Assembly (NCBI GenBank): GCA_944393575.1 | Contig: CALYAP010000066.1 | Span: 14,300 to 78,299 of the forward strand | Reading direction: 5' to 3' | Origin: an uncultured Clostridia bacterium | GTDB lineage: Bacteria > Bacillota > Dehalobacteriia > UBA4068 | Length of the DNA: 64,000 nt | Shown here: positions 29,201 through 40,052 of the stretch, in pieces | Layout: the number at the start of each line of letters is the position of its first letter | How positions within the stretch are numbered: position 1 is the stretch's first letter | The notes under the pieces: generated by a model | Seen by the model: the letters and a program-made list of their open reading frames with translations, nothing else | What the model was told of the DNA's origin: nothing | The model's database searches: none | Position numbers and translations under genes: made by a program

Positions 29201-29910
29201 TTTACTGGTAATGTTGTTAAATATCTCGCTAGTAATGAATCATCAGAAATATCCGTAGCTGTTGCTAGGTCAAGAGGCGTATCTATATCATGCAGCTGCG
29301 GTAATAAAAATAGATCGATAGCTGCTTTTTGAGCATTTTGTATAGTATCTGGCAATACCGTGTCAGTGCTCCAAGCAATATTGGAGAATAGCTCGGGAAT
29401 CACAGATCTGCTGCCGATAAGACAATATCCGTTATCAAGAGTAGGAGTAAGTATCGTGGGATGTTTGTCTAAAGCTATAAATGCTTGTTGTAGATATTGC
29501 GCAGTAAGCCCAGGACAATCGCAACCGATCAGTATTGCTGGCTGTTTGTCAATATTATGATTATATAATGCCTGATACATGCGTTCGCCAATATCTTCGC
29601 CTTTTTGGTGATGATATTGTACTTGATTTAATAAACTGCTTATCCGCTGCTTTTTTCCCTGGGGGCAAAAAGGATTTAGGCGTAGCAAGAGTTGTTTTTG
29701 TAGTTCTTGCCGGCTGCCGTTGGCCAAATAGATCTCAATAGCTATTGTTGGCAATATTACCGATAAATCTGCTGCCGCCAAAAGCGTATCCGCCAGCATA
29801 GCTGCATAGATAGTAGCGGCTTCTTTTCTGCTGTAAGTGGGCAGGAGGCGGCTTTTGACTGTGCCTAGGTAAGGTATTTTGGTGAAAATGAGTAATGCTT
29901 TATTGGGCAT
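29197..29910 (-). CDS. DUF2064 transferase (rSAM/selenodomain-associated transferase 1)
   Basis: Start MPNKALLIFTKIPYLGTVKSRL is typical of DUF2064. ATGA overlap with the CCG gene. Confidence 0.7.
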   Translation of the reverse strand: MPNKALLIFTKIPYLGTVKSRLLPTYSRKEAATIYAAMLADTLLAAADLSVILPTIAIEIYLANGSRQELQKQLLLRLNPFCPQGKKQRISSLLNQVQYHHQKGEDIGERMYQALYNHNIDKQPAILIGCDCPGLTAQYLQQAFIALDKHPTILTPTLDNGYCLIGSRSVIPELFSNIAWSTDTVLPDTIQNAQKAAIDLFLLPQLHDIDTPLDLATATDISDDSLLARYLTTLPVK

Positions 29911-30610
29911 ACAACTGATATAATTCCTCCAGAGTGTATTTGCCGCTACGGTAACGATGCTTATTTTTTTGAATGCGCCAATTGGTGCGCCAGATGCCAT
30001 GCTCCATATATTGCCTGGCACTGCTGATGGCGATAGCAGTCAATTCTACTGGTTTGGCTAATCTGGCTGCCCTCTGTGAGAATTCATAATCTTCCATGAA
30101 AAACATCGGGGCAAAGCCGCCTACCTGTGCATAAAATTTTTTTAAGCAAAACATTGTCTGATCGCCAAACACCAATGATTGGTAGCGAACACGGAGATGC
30201 GAAAAATAGGCGATAAGCTTCAGTGATAGTTTATCATTATCAAAATGAAGCCGGGCACAGCCCCACTGGGCGCCGTTGTTGATTGCTGTCAGCATTTCCT
30301 TAAAATATTGCCCGGTTATCCGGGTATCAGCATGGAGAAAAACCAGAATATCACCGCTGGCTATATTGCTGGCAGCAGCTAATTGTTGTCCTCGGCCACG
30401 TTTTCCTGTGAAAACTTGACTCGGATTTGTTCTCATTTGCAGCTGTTCTTTCATCAGCTTTATGCTTCCATCAGTACTGCCGCCATCAGCGAAAATTATT
30501 TCCGGCTGCTGGGGCAATTGGACGCAAGCTTTATCCAGATTATCCAGTAGGGGGATGATCTGGCTGTTTTCATTATAGATGGGGATGATGATACTGATTT
30601 TTGGTTCCAT
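29900..30610 (-). CDS. family 2 glycosyltransferase (rSAM/selenodomain-associated transferase 2)
   Basis: Start MEPKISIIIPIYNE with ACGGAG 6 nt upstream. GT2 DxD region. Overlaps the DUF2064 gene by 11 nt. Confidence 0.75.
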   Translation of the reverse strand: MEPKISIIIPIYNENSQIIPLLDNLDKACVQLPQQPEIIFADGGSTDGSIKLMKEQLQMRTNPSQVFTGKRGRGQQLAAASNIASGDILVFLHADTRITGQYFKEMLTAINNGAQWGCARLHFDNDKLSLKLIAYFSHLRVRYQSLVFGDQTMFCLKKFYAQVGGFAPMFFMEDYEFSQRAARLAKPVELTAIAISSARQYMEHGIWRTNWRIQKNKHRYRSGKYTLEELYQLYAQ

Positions 30611-30688
30611 TATGGCTCCGTGATAAAAATAATAGTAAGTTGCAGCAGAAGTTGGTATCTTCTGCTGCAACTTTAAATACAAAGATGA

Positions 30689-31573
30689 TTACTTCTCCTG
30701 AGGCTGATCCTCAGATGGTGTTGCTTCTGCCATTGTCGGTTCGGTTTTCTTTTTGTGTCGGTCATTGTAGACCTTTTTGATCAGGAAAGCTAAAGCAGCC
30801 AGACTGAAGATAATCATCAAGGCATAGACAAAAGTCCTGGTGCCCCCGGTCAGCATACCTCCAACATAAGAATAGACAAGTGTAGCTGGCAGTTGCCCGA
30901 CGCCTGTGGCTAGGAAGAAGCCCCAGAATCCCATACCGGTCAATCCAGCTGCATAGCTGACAAAGTCGAAAGAAACAAACGGCAGCAAGCGGCAAATCAA
31001 AATGGTGTTTTTACCATAACGTTCAAAGAAAACATCTACGGTTTTAATAGCGCCTTTTCCGGTAATTTTTTCTACTACATCACGCCCCAGAACTCTGGCA
31101 ATGAAGAAGCATAGGGCCGCACCAGCCATTGAACTGGTCCAGGAGAGGATAGCCCCTTGCCACCAACCAAAAACAGCTGCATTGGCAAAGGTTAACAAAA
31201 ATGCTGGCAATGGGGCAATCAAAGACTGGAACATCATTAGTAAAAAGGATACTAATACTGCCCAAACGCCAAAGGAACGGATATACCCCATAATTGTTTC
31301 TACGCTTGCTGAACTAAAGATCATAAAAATCTGATTGATCTTGGAGTTAACAGCAGGAATAGCAAAGTAAGCAATTACGGCTAATACCAATACCACTAAA
31401 ACGATAATACGCGCTTTTTTCCTTTTGCGTTTTGTGGCAGCCTTTTTGGCTTGTTCTTGCTCATTATCAGGCTGATTATTATCGGTAGCAGTAGTGCCTT
31501 GTTCCAATGATGTATTATTGTCTTTGCCATCATTGTTTATTGGTTCTGGAATGCTATTGTTATTTTCTTGCAT
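30689..31573 (-). CDS. TVP38/TMEM64 family membrane protein with N/Q/D-rich N-terminal extension
   Basis: 294 aa. About 55 aa of low-complexity sequence, then a KRKRKK anchor and DedA-like TM core. Confidence 0.7.
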   Translation of the reverse strand: MQENNNSIPEPINNDGKDNNTSLEQGTTATDNNQPDNEQEQAKKAATKRKRKKARIIVLVVLVLAVIAYFAIPAVNSKINQIFMIFSSASVETIMGYIRSFGVWAVLVSFLLMMFQSLIAPLPAFLLTFANAAVFGWWQGAILSWTSSMAGAALCFFIARVLGRDVVEKITGKGAIKTVDVFFERYGKNTILICRLLPFVSFDFVSYAAGLTGMGFWGFFLATGVGQLPATLVYSYVGGMLTGGTRTFVYALMIIFSLAALAFLIKKVYNDRHKKKTEPTMAEATPSEDQPQEK

Positions 31574-31606
31574 GATATTACCTCATTTACAAATATCTTA
31601 GCAATT

Positions 31607-32569
31607 TTATTCTACTTCATTAACAGCACACCATCTATAATAAGATTCATCATAATTCAAGGTGTTTTCAAAGCCGCACATTTCTAAGATTAGTTGCATA
31701 TATGCGGAGCGAATACCGGCAGTGCAATAGGTGACAATAGTATCATCGGTAGAGATGCCTGCCTCAGTAAACATGGCGATAATTTCATCATTGGATTTGA
31801 GGGTAGTATCATCTCTAAACAGATCAGTATAGCGGATATGAATTGCTCCTGGCAAATGACCGCCTTTTACTTCGCCATAAAGAGTTTGTCCGTTATATTC
31901 TTCATCAGCCCTTACATCAACTACGACATAATTATCATAATTAGCAGCTAAGTCATCGGTGTTGATGAGATGATCCTCATTGATAGCGGTCACAGTAACT
32001 TCACAAGGTACAGGTTCCGATGCTCCATTTTGAGTGGGAACGCCGTTTTCTGCTAAGTATTCATAGCCACCATTGACCATTTTGACATTTTCGTATCCCG
32101 CAGCCAGCAGGGTCCACAGAATACGTCCATCATCGCCCCAACCGTCTTGGGCGTTAGAAAAGATAATAATCTCTTTGTTCATATCCAAGCCGTTAGCAGA
32201 AAGCACTTCGCTGAGCTGGTCGGCTGGCAAAATAGTACCCCACATCGCATCCCCGCTTTGACCATTTGCGACATCAGCCAGCTGCTGCCAGATCATAGCA
32301 ATAGCGCCTTGAATGGTTCCAGATGCTGCAGCTTCAGGGCCACGGGCATCCAAAAAGATGACATCCTCTTGGCCAACTGCATTTTTCACATATTCTAAAT
32401 CAACTACATATTCACCGGTAAAAGCAACGGTATCTACTGCTTCATTATCATTTTCGCTGTTTACCTGTTCATTATTATTGGGCTCATCTGTGGTTTCATT
32501 GTTGGCACAAGCACTAAAGGCGAAAACACAGCAAAAAAGAACGACGGCAATCAAAAAAAGTTTTTTCAT
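31607..32569 (-). CDS. lipoprotein tandem-rhodanese sulfurtransferase
   Basis: Signal peptide plus lipobox FSAC. Two rhodanese domains. Active-site CTAGIRSA in the second domain. Confidence 0.8.
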   Translation of the reverse strand: MKKLFLIAVVLFCCVFAFSACANNETTDEPNNNEQVNSENDNEAVDTVAFTGEYVVDLEYVKNAVGQEDVIFLDARGPEAAASGTIQGAIAMIWQQLADVANGQSGDAMWGTILPADQLSEVLSANGLDMNKEIIIFSNAQDGWGDDGRILWTLLAAGYENVKMVNGGYEYLAENGVPTQNGASEPVPCEVTVTAINEDHLINTDDLAANYDNYVVVDVRADEEYNGQTLYGEVKGGHLPGAIHIRYTDLFRDDTTLKSNDEIIAMFTEAGISTDDTIVTYCTAGIRSAYMQLILEMCGFENTLNYDESYYRWCAVNEVE

Positions 32570-32693
32570 GATTTTTCCCCCTTGAAGTATTATAAATTAA
32601 TGTCAGTAATTGCAGGCAGGCGCTAATCCTATAATTACTTAATTATATACTAGTGGGTTTATATAGTTAATTCAAATTGTATTTATTAATGAA

Positions 32694-32733
32694 AAAATGC
32701 CATTTATCGGAAAAATTGATAAAATGGCATTTT
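32694..32733 (-). terminator. terminator after the GIY-YIG-like gene
   Basis: Hairpin aaaatgccattt-N16-aaatggcatttt with A/T-rich flanks. Confidence 0.55.
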
Positions 32734-32845
32734 CATTGAGCAAAAAGAGGAGCTGTAAAATTTTACTTTTATGTTAAACAAATCTCAACAGCATTCCTGA
32801 TATGTTTATTTGAAGGCAAAACTTTTTGCTAAAAAATCTGTTTTG

Positions 32846-33463
32846 CTATTTGGCTGGCTGATTTTGCATATCATATGCCATGGCCATTTCTGTGAGAATT
32901 TTACGGTAAGATTTGATCTGCTGACCAAAAGTGTTATATGGATTGCCTTGGAAATTGAGCTTTGGCGTATTGAAATTGACTAACGCATTATAACGGTCTT
33001 CAACCTCATTTTCCGCCATTTCTAAGAATGCGACTTTAATATTAGCTTTCATCCATTCAGTAAGCTTGGTTTCGCTTTCAGGCGTCAAACGATAATTAGT
33101 ATAACGGTCGTTATCTTCTGGATCATCGCTACCAGGGATAGCTTCCAGAGCGAGTGCACTAGCTAACATAGCTGCCAGAGAACGGCGAACTGTTGATACC
33201 CCGGTATTATCACGCCAATGGCGGATACTATCAGCACCTGCCCGGCCAATATAGATGATCGGGGATTCTTTTTCCCATAGACTTCCGCCTAGTTCTGTTC
33301 CGTCATAACAAAAAATATACAGCCCTTTCTTAGCAGGAAACGCTTGATATAGAGCTTCATCAAATGCACTTGCCTTAGCAATCAGTTCTTCGCTGATTGC
33401 TTTACATTCTTCCCAGGTGATGCTTTCCTCCGCCTTTTCTCTCAAGGTGATCTCCCCTTTCAC
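32846..33463 (-). CDS. hypothetical protein with GIY-YIG-like nuclease motif
   Basis: Motifs GLYIFCYDG...IIYIGRAG...R...E. No other recognisable domain. Confidence 0.4.
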   Translation of the reverse strand: MKGEITLREKAEESITWEECKAISEELIAKASAFDEALYQAFPAKKGLYIFCYDGTELGGSLWEKESPIIYIGRAGADSIRHWRDNTGVSTVRRSLAAMLASALALEAIPGSDDPEDNDRYTNYRLTPESETKLTEWMKANIKVAFLEMAENEVEDRYNALVNFNTPKLNFQGNPYNTFGQQIKSYRKILTEMAMAYDMQNQPAK

Positions 33464-33476
33464 TTAGGTTTATATT

Positions 33477-34043
33477 TTATTGATATGCTTCTGGCTTCAG
33501 TACTCCGATATATGGAACCTGCCGATAATGGCCGGCATAGTCCAGTCCATAGCCAACGACAAAATCATCTGGAATTTCAAATCCCCGATAGTCAGGGGTA
33601 AGGTCGACCATCCTGCGGGACGGTTTATCCAGAAGGGTGCAAAGTCTTAATGATTTAGGACGTCTGGCCTGCAGTAAATCTGTCAGACACTGGAGTGTCA
33701 GTCCGGTATCAACGATATCCTCGATAATTAGCACATGCTTATCAGTAATCGATTCGGAGATATCTTTCAATATCCGTACGGTGCCGCTGGTACGGGTACC
33801 CTTCGCATAGCTGCTGATGGCGATGAAATCAATCGTCAGTGGCAATTGCAGCTGACGGATCAAATCGCTCATAAAGACGACAGAACCTCTTAATACACCA
33901 ATAACTACTAGTTCCTCAATGTTAAGAGGCTGATAATCAGCATTGATCTGCTGGGCCATTTCTTGTACTCGTTTGGCTATGGTAGCTTCATCAAAAAGAA
34001 CCTCGCCAATATTTTCCTCCAAATGCTTTGCCCATGGATTCAA
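33477..34043 (-). CDS. hpt: hypoxanthine phosphoribosyltransferase
   Basis: PRPP-binding motif VLIIEDIVDTGLTL. Confidence 0.9.
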   Translation of the reverse strand: MNPWAKHLEENIGEVLFDEATIAKRVQEMAQQINADYQPLNIEELVVIGVLRGSVVFMSDLIRQLQLPLTIDFIAISSYAKGTRTSGTVRILKDISESITDKHVLIIEDIVDTGLTLQCLTDLLQARRPKSLRLCTLLDKPSRRMVDLTPDYRGFEIPDDFVVGYGLDYAGHYRQVPYIGVLKPEAYQ

Positions 34044-34181
34044 TGTAGCAGCACCTCCAGCATCATGTCTTAAATTATTAAACTACTCTTTTTAGATTAA
34101 TTCTGCGCTCTAGGTGAAAACCCTTTTTGCGAAAGCATCTTCTGCTATGTTTATTCATAATATTTAAGCGGAGGTAATGAT

Positions 34182-34868
34182 ATGAAAAAGAAAAAATATT
34201 TTATCATAGCTGGTATAATAGTTTTATTGGTGATAGTAGCGGTTATTTTGATTTTTGCTATTCCACCAAATGCTAAGAAAGTGCCGCAGGCTTTATCCGA
34301 GGGGTTTGCTGAGAACGGCCGGTTTGAGTTTTCTTGTATGGTTGAGACCGGGGGAGAAGGTAGGGAGTATTTCTGGCTTATTGGTGAAAGTAGCGGGGAG
34401 AGTCGGCATATTGAAGGTAGGGTTTTAGGCAGCCAGGTAGATCTTTATTATGTTGATGGCCAAATATACCGTTATGATATGATTGCAGAAGAGTGGTATT
34501 GTTATAGCGCAGAAAATTTGGCCGAGGCGGCTGAACTTTATGCTGAACTGGAACCTGCCGCTGCTTTTACCTATGAATCCTTGATTGAAATCGAATACCT
34601 CGGACGCGGCAGCGCCGCAGGCAGAACTTGTTATAATTTCTCTGTTATTCCTGTTGCTACCGGATGGGTTGCAGAATTTTTTACTGATATTGAATATATT
34701 GTTTCCCTCAGCCGTGGGGGAGATCTGCTAACCGCAGAATTGATCGCTACTTTAAAAGATGATCCCCAAACTACCATGCGGGCATTTGTTATTTTAGAAG
34801 AGGATAATAATATTCAAATTGAGGCCCCACCGTGTAATGATGCCAATAACAACAACCCTGCCAGTTAA
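34182..34868 (+). CDS. hypothetical membrane-anchored protein
   Basis: KKKK plus one N-terminal TM helix, then a soluble domain of unknown family. Confidence 0.4.
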   Translation: MKKKKYFIIAGIIVLLVIVAVILIFAIPPNAKKVPQALSEGFAENGRFEFSCMVETGGEGREYFWLIGESSGESRHIEGRVLGSQVDLYYVDGQIYRYDMIAEEWYCYSAENLAEAAELYAELEPAAAFTYESLIEIEYLGRGSAAGRTCYNFSVIPVATGWVAEFFTDIEYIVSLSRGGDLLTAELIATLKDDPQTTMRAFVILEEDNNIQIEAPPCNDANNNNPAS

Positions 34869-34886
34869 ATCTATATTGCTTGCTAT

Positions 34887-34919
34887 AAAAAAGAGGTCCT
34901 CATCAGAGGACCTCTTTTT
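34887..34919. terminator. bidirectional terminator between the hypothetical gene and groEL
   Basis: aaaaagaggtcc-tcatca-ggacctcttttt. Confidence 0.75.
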
Positions 34920-34937
34920 AGAAGGGTAGTGTTTGTA

Positions 34938-36566
<1,629 letters not shown>

Positions 36567-36658
36567 TTACCTCCGTTTTGTTGTATTGTAGTGCGGTTAT
36601 GCCGCTTGTTTTCCATGATAAAACTTTCATTTATAAATGAATGAAGGAAGAGCAAAAT

Positions 36659-36949
36659 TTAGTCAACAACTGCTAGGATATCGCGATCCGCATTGAGGAT
36701 AATGTAATTCTCGCCATCTCTTTTGAGCTCGGTGCCTGCATATTTGGCGAAGAGTACGATATCACCTACTTTGACTTCCATAGCGGCACGTTTGCCGTCA
36801 TCTAACATCCGTCCAGGACCTACAGCAATAACTTCGCCTTCCTGGGGTTTTTCTTTAGCAGTATCTGGGAGCACGATGCCGCCTTTGGTAACTTCTTCAC
36901 ATTCTAAAGGTTTGATCACAACCCGATCGCCCAAAGGTTTAATAGTCAT
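36659..36949 (-). CDS. groS: co-chaperonin GroES
   Basis: Start [11 protein letters not shown]. 96 aa. Confidence 0.95.
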   Translation of the reverse strand: MTIKPLGDRVVIKPLECEEVTKGGIVLPDTAKEKPQEGEVIAVGPGRMLDDGKRAAMEVKVGDIVLFAKYAGTELKRDGENYIILNADRDILAVVD

Positions 36950-36978
36950 TATAAAAGCCTCCTTGTTTTTTGAGATTA

Positions 36979-37005
36979 TTAGCACTCGCCAATAATGAGT
37001 GCTAG
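36979..37005. promoter_or_regulatory. CIRCE operator (HrcA binding site) upstream of groES
   Basis: TTAGCACTC-gccaataat-GAGTGCTAg is a near-perfect match to TTAGCACTC-N9-GAGTGCTAA. Confidence 0.9.
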
Positions 37006-37172
37006 CGAATGATTTAATAATAATCAAAAATGGTCAGAGTTGGCAAGTAGTGTATGTCGGTGTTTTTGGGGTTTTTGATACCAAAAACTTTTATTTTCTC
37101 ATGTTTTCTTTATTTTACTGCTGTTTTTAAAAATGGATGATTGTTTGCTCCCGTCTGTGATATAATAAAACT

Positions 37173-38183
37173 ATGAGAAGAAAAAGCTTATCAATCATTT
37201 TAATTATTAGTATATTTGCTATCGCTTTCGCTTCTTGTGAATTTCAGTCAGCTGATCATTCGAAGACAGAAACTAGTGAGCCTGTTGGTAAATCATTGCT
37301 GGTTAAGATCGCTTATGATGTGGCGCCAACGCATTCGCTCCATGAATCTTTCCTCGATTTGGAGCAATGGTTGGAGGCAGAAAGTGCCGGACGGATAGAA
37401 GTGGAGCTATATCCTCTGTATGAGTTAGGCGACGATGCAGACCTACTGGCTTTGACCGCTGAAGGAGTGATTCAGATGGCTGTTCCGCAGACTTCGTCAT
37501 TAGCTTCATTATCGGTTGAGGCTCCTGATGAGTATCCCTTGGATATTCCACAAAGTTGGCAGATTTGGGATAGTTTGGATGGATTTTACCAATATGATAA
37601 TGCTGAGTCAGCGGCAGCTGCTGTTGAGGGTAGTCTTGGTGCGCAAATGGTGGCCTCTCTAGCTGATCTGGCTGATCAGCCGTTTAGCTGCCTGGGGTAT
37701 GCCTATGAAGGGCCTTTAGCTATTGGTGGCACAGTTGATATATTATCACCAGCAGATCTTGCCGGACAAAGGATGGCTCTTTATGGCTCTCCGGCGTGGC
37801 TTTCTGCATATCAGTCTTTAGGGGCAGAGGTGGTAGTATTGCCGCTTTCTGAAATTTATCCTGCCTTGGCTCGAGAGCAGATTGATATTTACCAAGCAAC
37901 ACCTGAAAATATTGCTACTATGCATTGGACCGACTATTCTAATACCATTATCCTGACAGAACACGCTTACTCTTTCCGGCCTCTGCTGGTTAACCGGCAA
38001 TGGTATCAGTCTCTCAGTGAAGAAGACGCTTATTTGATCGATACTGCTGTAGATAATCTGCTCAGCCAGCAAAAGACATTAGCTGTAGAACGTTATCAAA
38101 GCAGCATTGATGCATTGAAGCAGCAGGGAATAAGCGTCCACTCTCTGACACCAGAAGAACAGGATCTATGGCGTAATTATTGA
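37173..38183 (+). CDS. TRAP-transporter solute-binding protein (DctP family) lipoprotein, orphan
   Basis: Signal peptide plus lipobox FASC. DctP-like fold. No dctQ/dctM partner in the window. Confidence 0.6.
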   Translation: MRRKSLSIILIISIFAIAFASCEFQSADHSKTETSEPVGKSLLVKIAYDVAPTHSLHESFLDLEQWLEAESAGRIEVELYPLYELGDDADLLALTAEGVIQMAVPQTSSLASLSVEAPDEYPLDIPQSWQIWDSLDGFYQYDNAESAAAAVEGSLGAQMVASLADLADQPFSCLGYAYEGPLAIGGTVDILSPADLAGQRMALYGSPAWLSAYQSLGAEVVVLPLSEIYPALAREQIDIYQATPENIATMHWTDYSNTIILTEHAYSFRPLLVNRQWYQSLSEEDAYLIDTAVDNLLSQQKTLAVERYQSSIDALKQQGISVHSLTPEEQDLWRNY

Positions 38184-38200
38184 TCTTCATCTAGATATGT

Positions 38201-38238
38201 AAAAAAGAGCTAAGAAATTATTTCTTAGCTCTTTTTTA
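38201..38238. terminator. bidirectional terminator
   Basis: aaaaaagagctaagaaa-tta-tttcttagctctttttt. Confidence 0.75.
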
Positions 38239-38258
38239 TATGGACTTATTTGAATCAG

Positions 38259-40052
38259 TTAACCGACCACAGGAGCTTTTTGCTCTGCTTCAGCTGGCAA
38301 GACTGTTTCCATGGCTTTAGCCTGAGCTTCAGCAACACGCCGGTCTGCTTCTTCCTGTTCTAGGATTTTATAGGCTACTTTGCCGACCAAAGTACGGGGG
38401 AGTTCTTCTCTGAACTCGATATCATAAGGCATTGAGTATTTAGCAATATTTTTGCGGCAATAAGCAAATAGCTCATCTTTGACTTCCTGGGTAGGCTTAA
38501 TACCTGGTTTTAACTGTACAAAGGCTTTGATTTTTTGTATTTTCAGCTCATCCGGTACGCCGATGATGCAGGACATCAAGACTTTTTCGTGAGCATCAAA
38601 AATGTTTTCTAATGCGCTCGGATAGATATTATAGCCGGAGCTAACAATCATTCTCTTGATCCGCTGACGGAAATAGACGAAACCATCTTCATCCATCATA
38701 CCCAGGTCACCAGTATGCAACCAGGTCAGCCCATCAGCATGTTTTTTGAGCGTTTCTGCCGTCTCTTCAGGATTGTTGAGATAACCCAGCATCATCGTCG
38801 GGCCAGTCAAGCAGATTTCGCCTTCTTCACCATAAGGGACTTCTTCAGTGGTATTGACTTTAACGATTTTGTAATAGGTGTCCGGATAGGGAACGCCGAT
38901 ACTTCCTTCGCGGCTTTCGCTCAAGGGAGTCAAGCAGGAAGCAGTGACGCATTCGGTCATGCCGTAGCCCTCACGGACCTGGATGTTGGCATTATGGTCT
39001 GCCAGGAATTTATCAAATTTTTTTTTCAATTCGATGGACAGAGAATCTCCGCCGGAGAAAACGCCTTTCAAGCAGCTGAGATCAACATCATCCATATCCG
39101 AATTACGCAGCAGTGCCTCATAGAGAGTAGGAACACCGGCGATGAAATTAGGACGCTGTTTGCGCAGCAGTTCAGCATAGGTTTGGGCATTGAACCGGGG
39201 AACGAGGATGCAGGTGCCGCCATAGGATAAAAAAGTATGAATGCTGATACCGAGGCCGAAGCCGTGGAAGATTGGCATTACTGCTAAAACTCTGTCTCCC
39301 GGATCATAGATCGGGTTAACGGTAATGGTCTGCTCTGCCAAAGCGTTGAAATTGAGATTGGAGAGCAAAATGCCTTTGGTCTTACCGCTGGTACCGCCAC
39401 TATAGAGAATAACAGCTGGATCAGTGGCTTTTCTTTTTACTTCATAAGGGCCGGTATAGCTATCGCCTAAGCTCATCAGATCATTCCAAAGGATAACATT
39501 TTTATCGCTTTCTGGAACTTTGGCGATTTTGCGTCCCTCAGTCAATTTGTAACCCAATCTTTTTATTGGAGAAAGGGCGTCGCCGATATTAGCGATAATT
39601 AGCTTAGGAATAGCTTTGGTTTTAGCTATTTCCGCGAATTTAGGATAGAATTGATCTAAAGTCAGTGCTGCTACTGACTCACTTTCTTCCAAGTAAAAGG
39701 CGATTTCACCTTCGGAGGAAAGTGGGTGTATCATATTGGAGATAGCGCCGATCAGGTTTAGGGCATAAAAGGTGATTACACCTTGAGGGGTATTAGGCAT
39801 GCAAATGGTAACGCGGTCGTTTTCTTTGATGCCCATTGCCGTTAGTCCTTTAGCTGTGCGGCGGATATTGGCGATAAATTCGCTATAAGTAGTTGATTTG
39901 CCCAAAAATTCAAAAGCAATATAATCAGGATATTGTTTTGCTATCCGTTCCACATTTTCAAACATAGTAGTATCAGGATATTCAAGATGGAACGGCAAAT
40001 CACCATAGGCTTTCAGCCAAGGTGCCTTAACTGCTTCATTTGCTTCAATCAT
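38259..40052 (-). CDS. AMP-dependent acyl-CoA synthetase/ligase (long-chain fatty acid--CoA ligase-like)
   Basis: AMP-binding motifs YSGGTSGKTKG, GYGMTE and a conserved C-terminal lysine region. Start at 40052 or 40082. Confidence 0.85.
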   Translation of the reverse strand: MIEANEAVKAPWLKAYGDLPFHLEYPDTTMFENVERIAKQYPDYIAFEFLGKSTTYSEFIANIRRTAKGLTAMGIKENDRVTICMPNTPQGVITFYALNLIGAISNMIHPLSSEGEIAFYLEESESVAALTLDQFYPKFAEIAKTKAIPKLIIANIGDALSPIKRLGYKLTEGRKIAKVPESDKNVILWNDLMSLGDSYTGPYEVKRKATDPAVILYSGGTSGKTKGILLSNLNFNALAEQTITVNPIYDPGDRVLAVMPIFHGFGLGISIHTFLSYGGTCILVPRFNAQTYAELLRKQRPNFIAGVPTLYEALLRNSDMDDVDLSCLKGVFSGGDSLSIELKKKFDKFLADHNANIQVREGYGMTECVTASCLTPLSESREGSIGVPYPDTYYKIVKVNTTEEVPYGEEGEICLTGPTMMLGYLNNPEETAETLKKHADGLTWLHTGDLGMMDEDGFVYFRQRIKRMIVSSGYNIYPSALENIFDAHEKVLMSCIIGVPDELKIQKIKAFVQLKPGIKPTQEVKDELFAYCRKNIAKYSMPYDIEFREELPRTLVGKVAYKILEQEEADRRVAEAQAKAMETVLPAEAEQKAPVVG

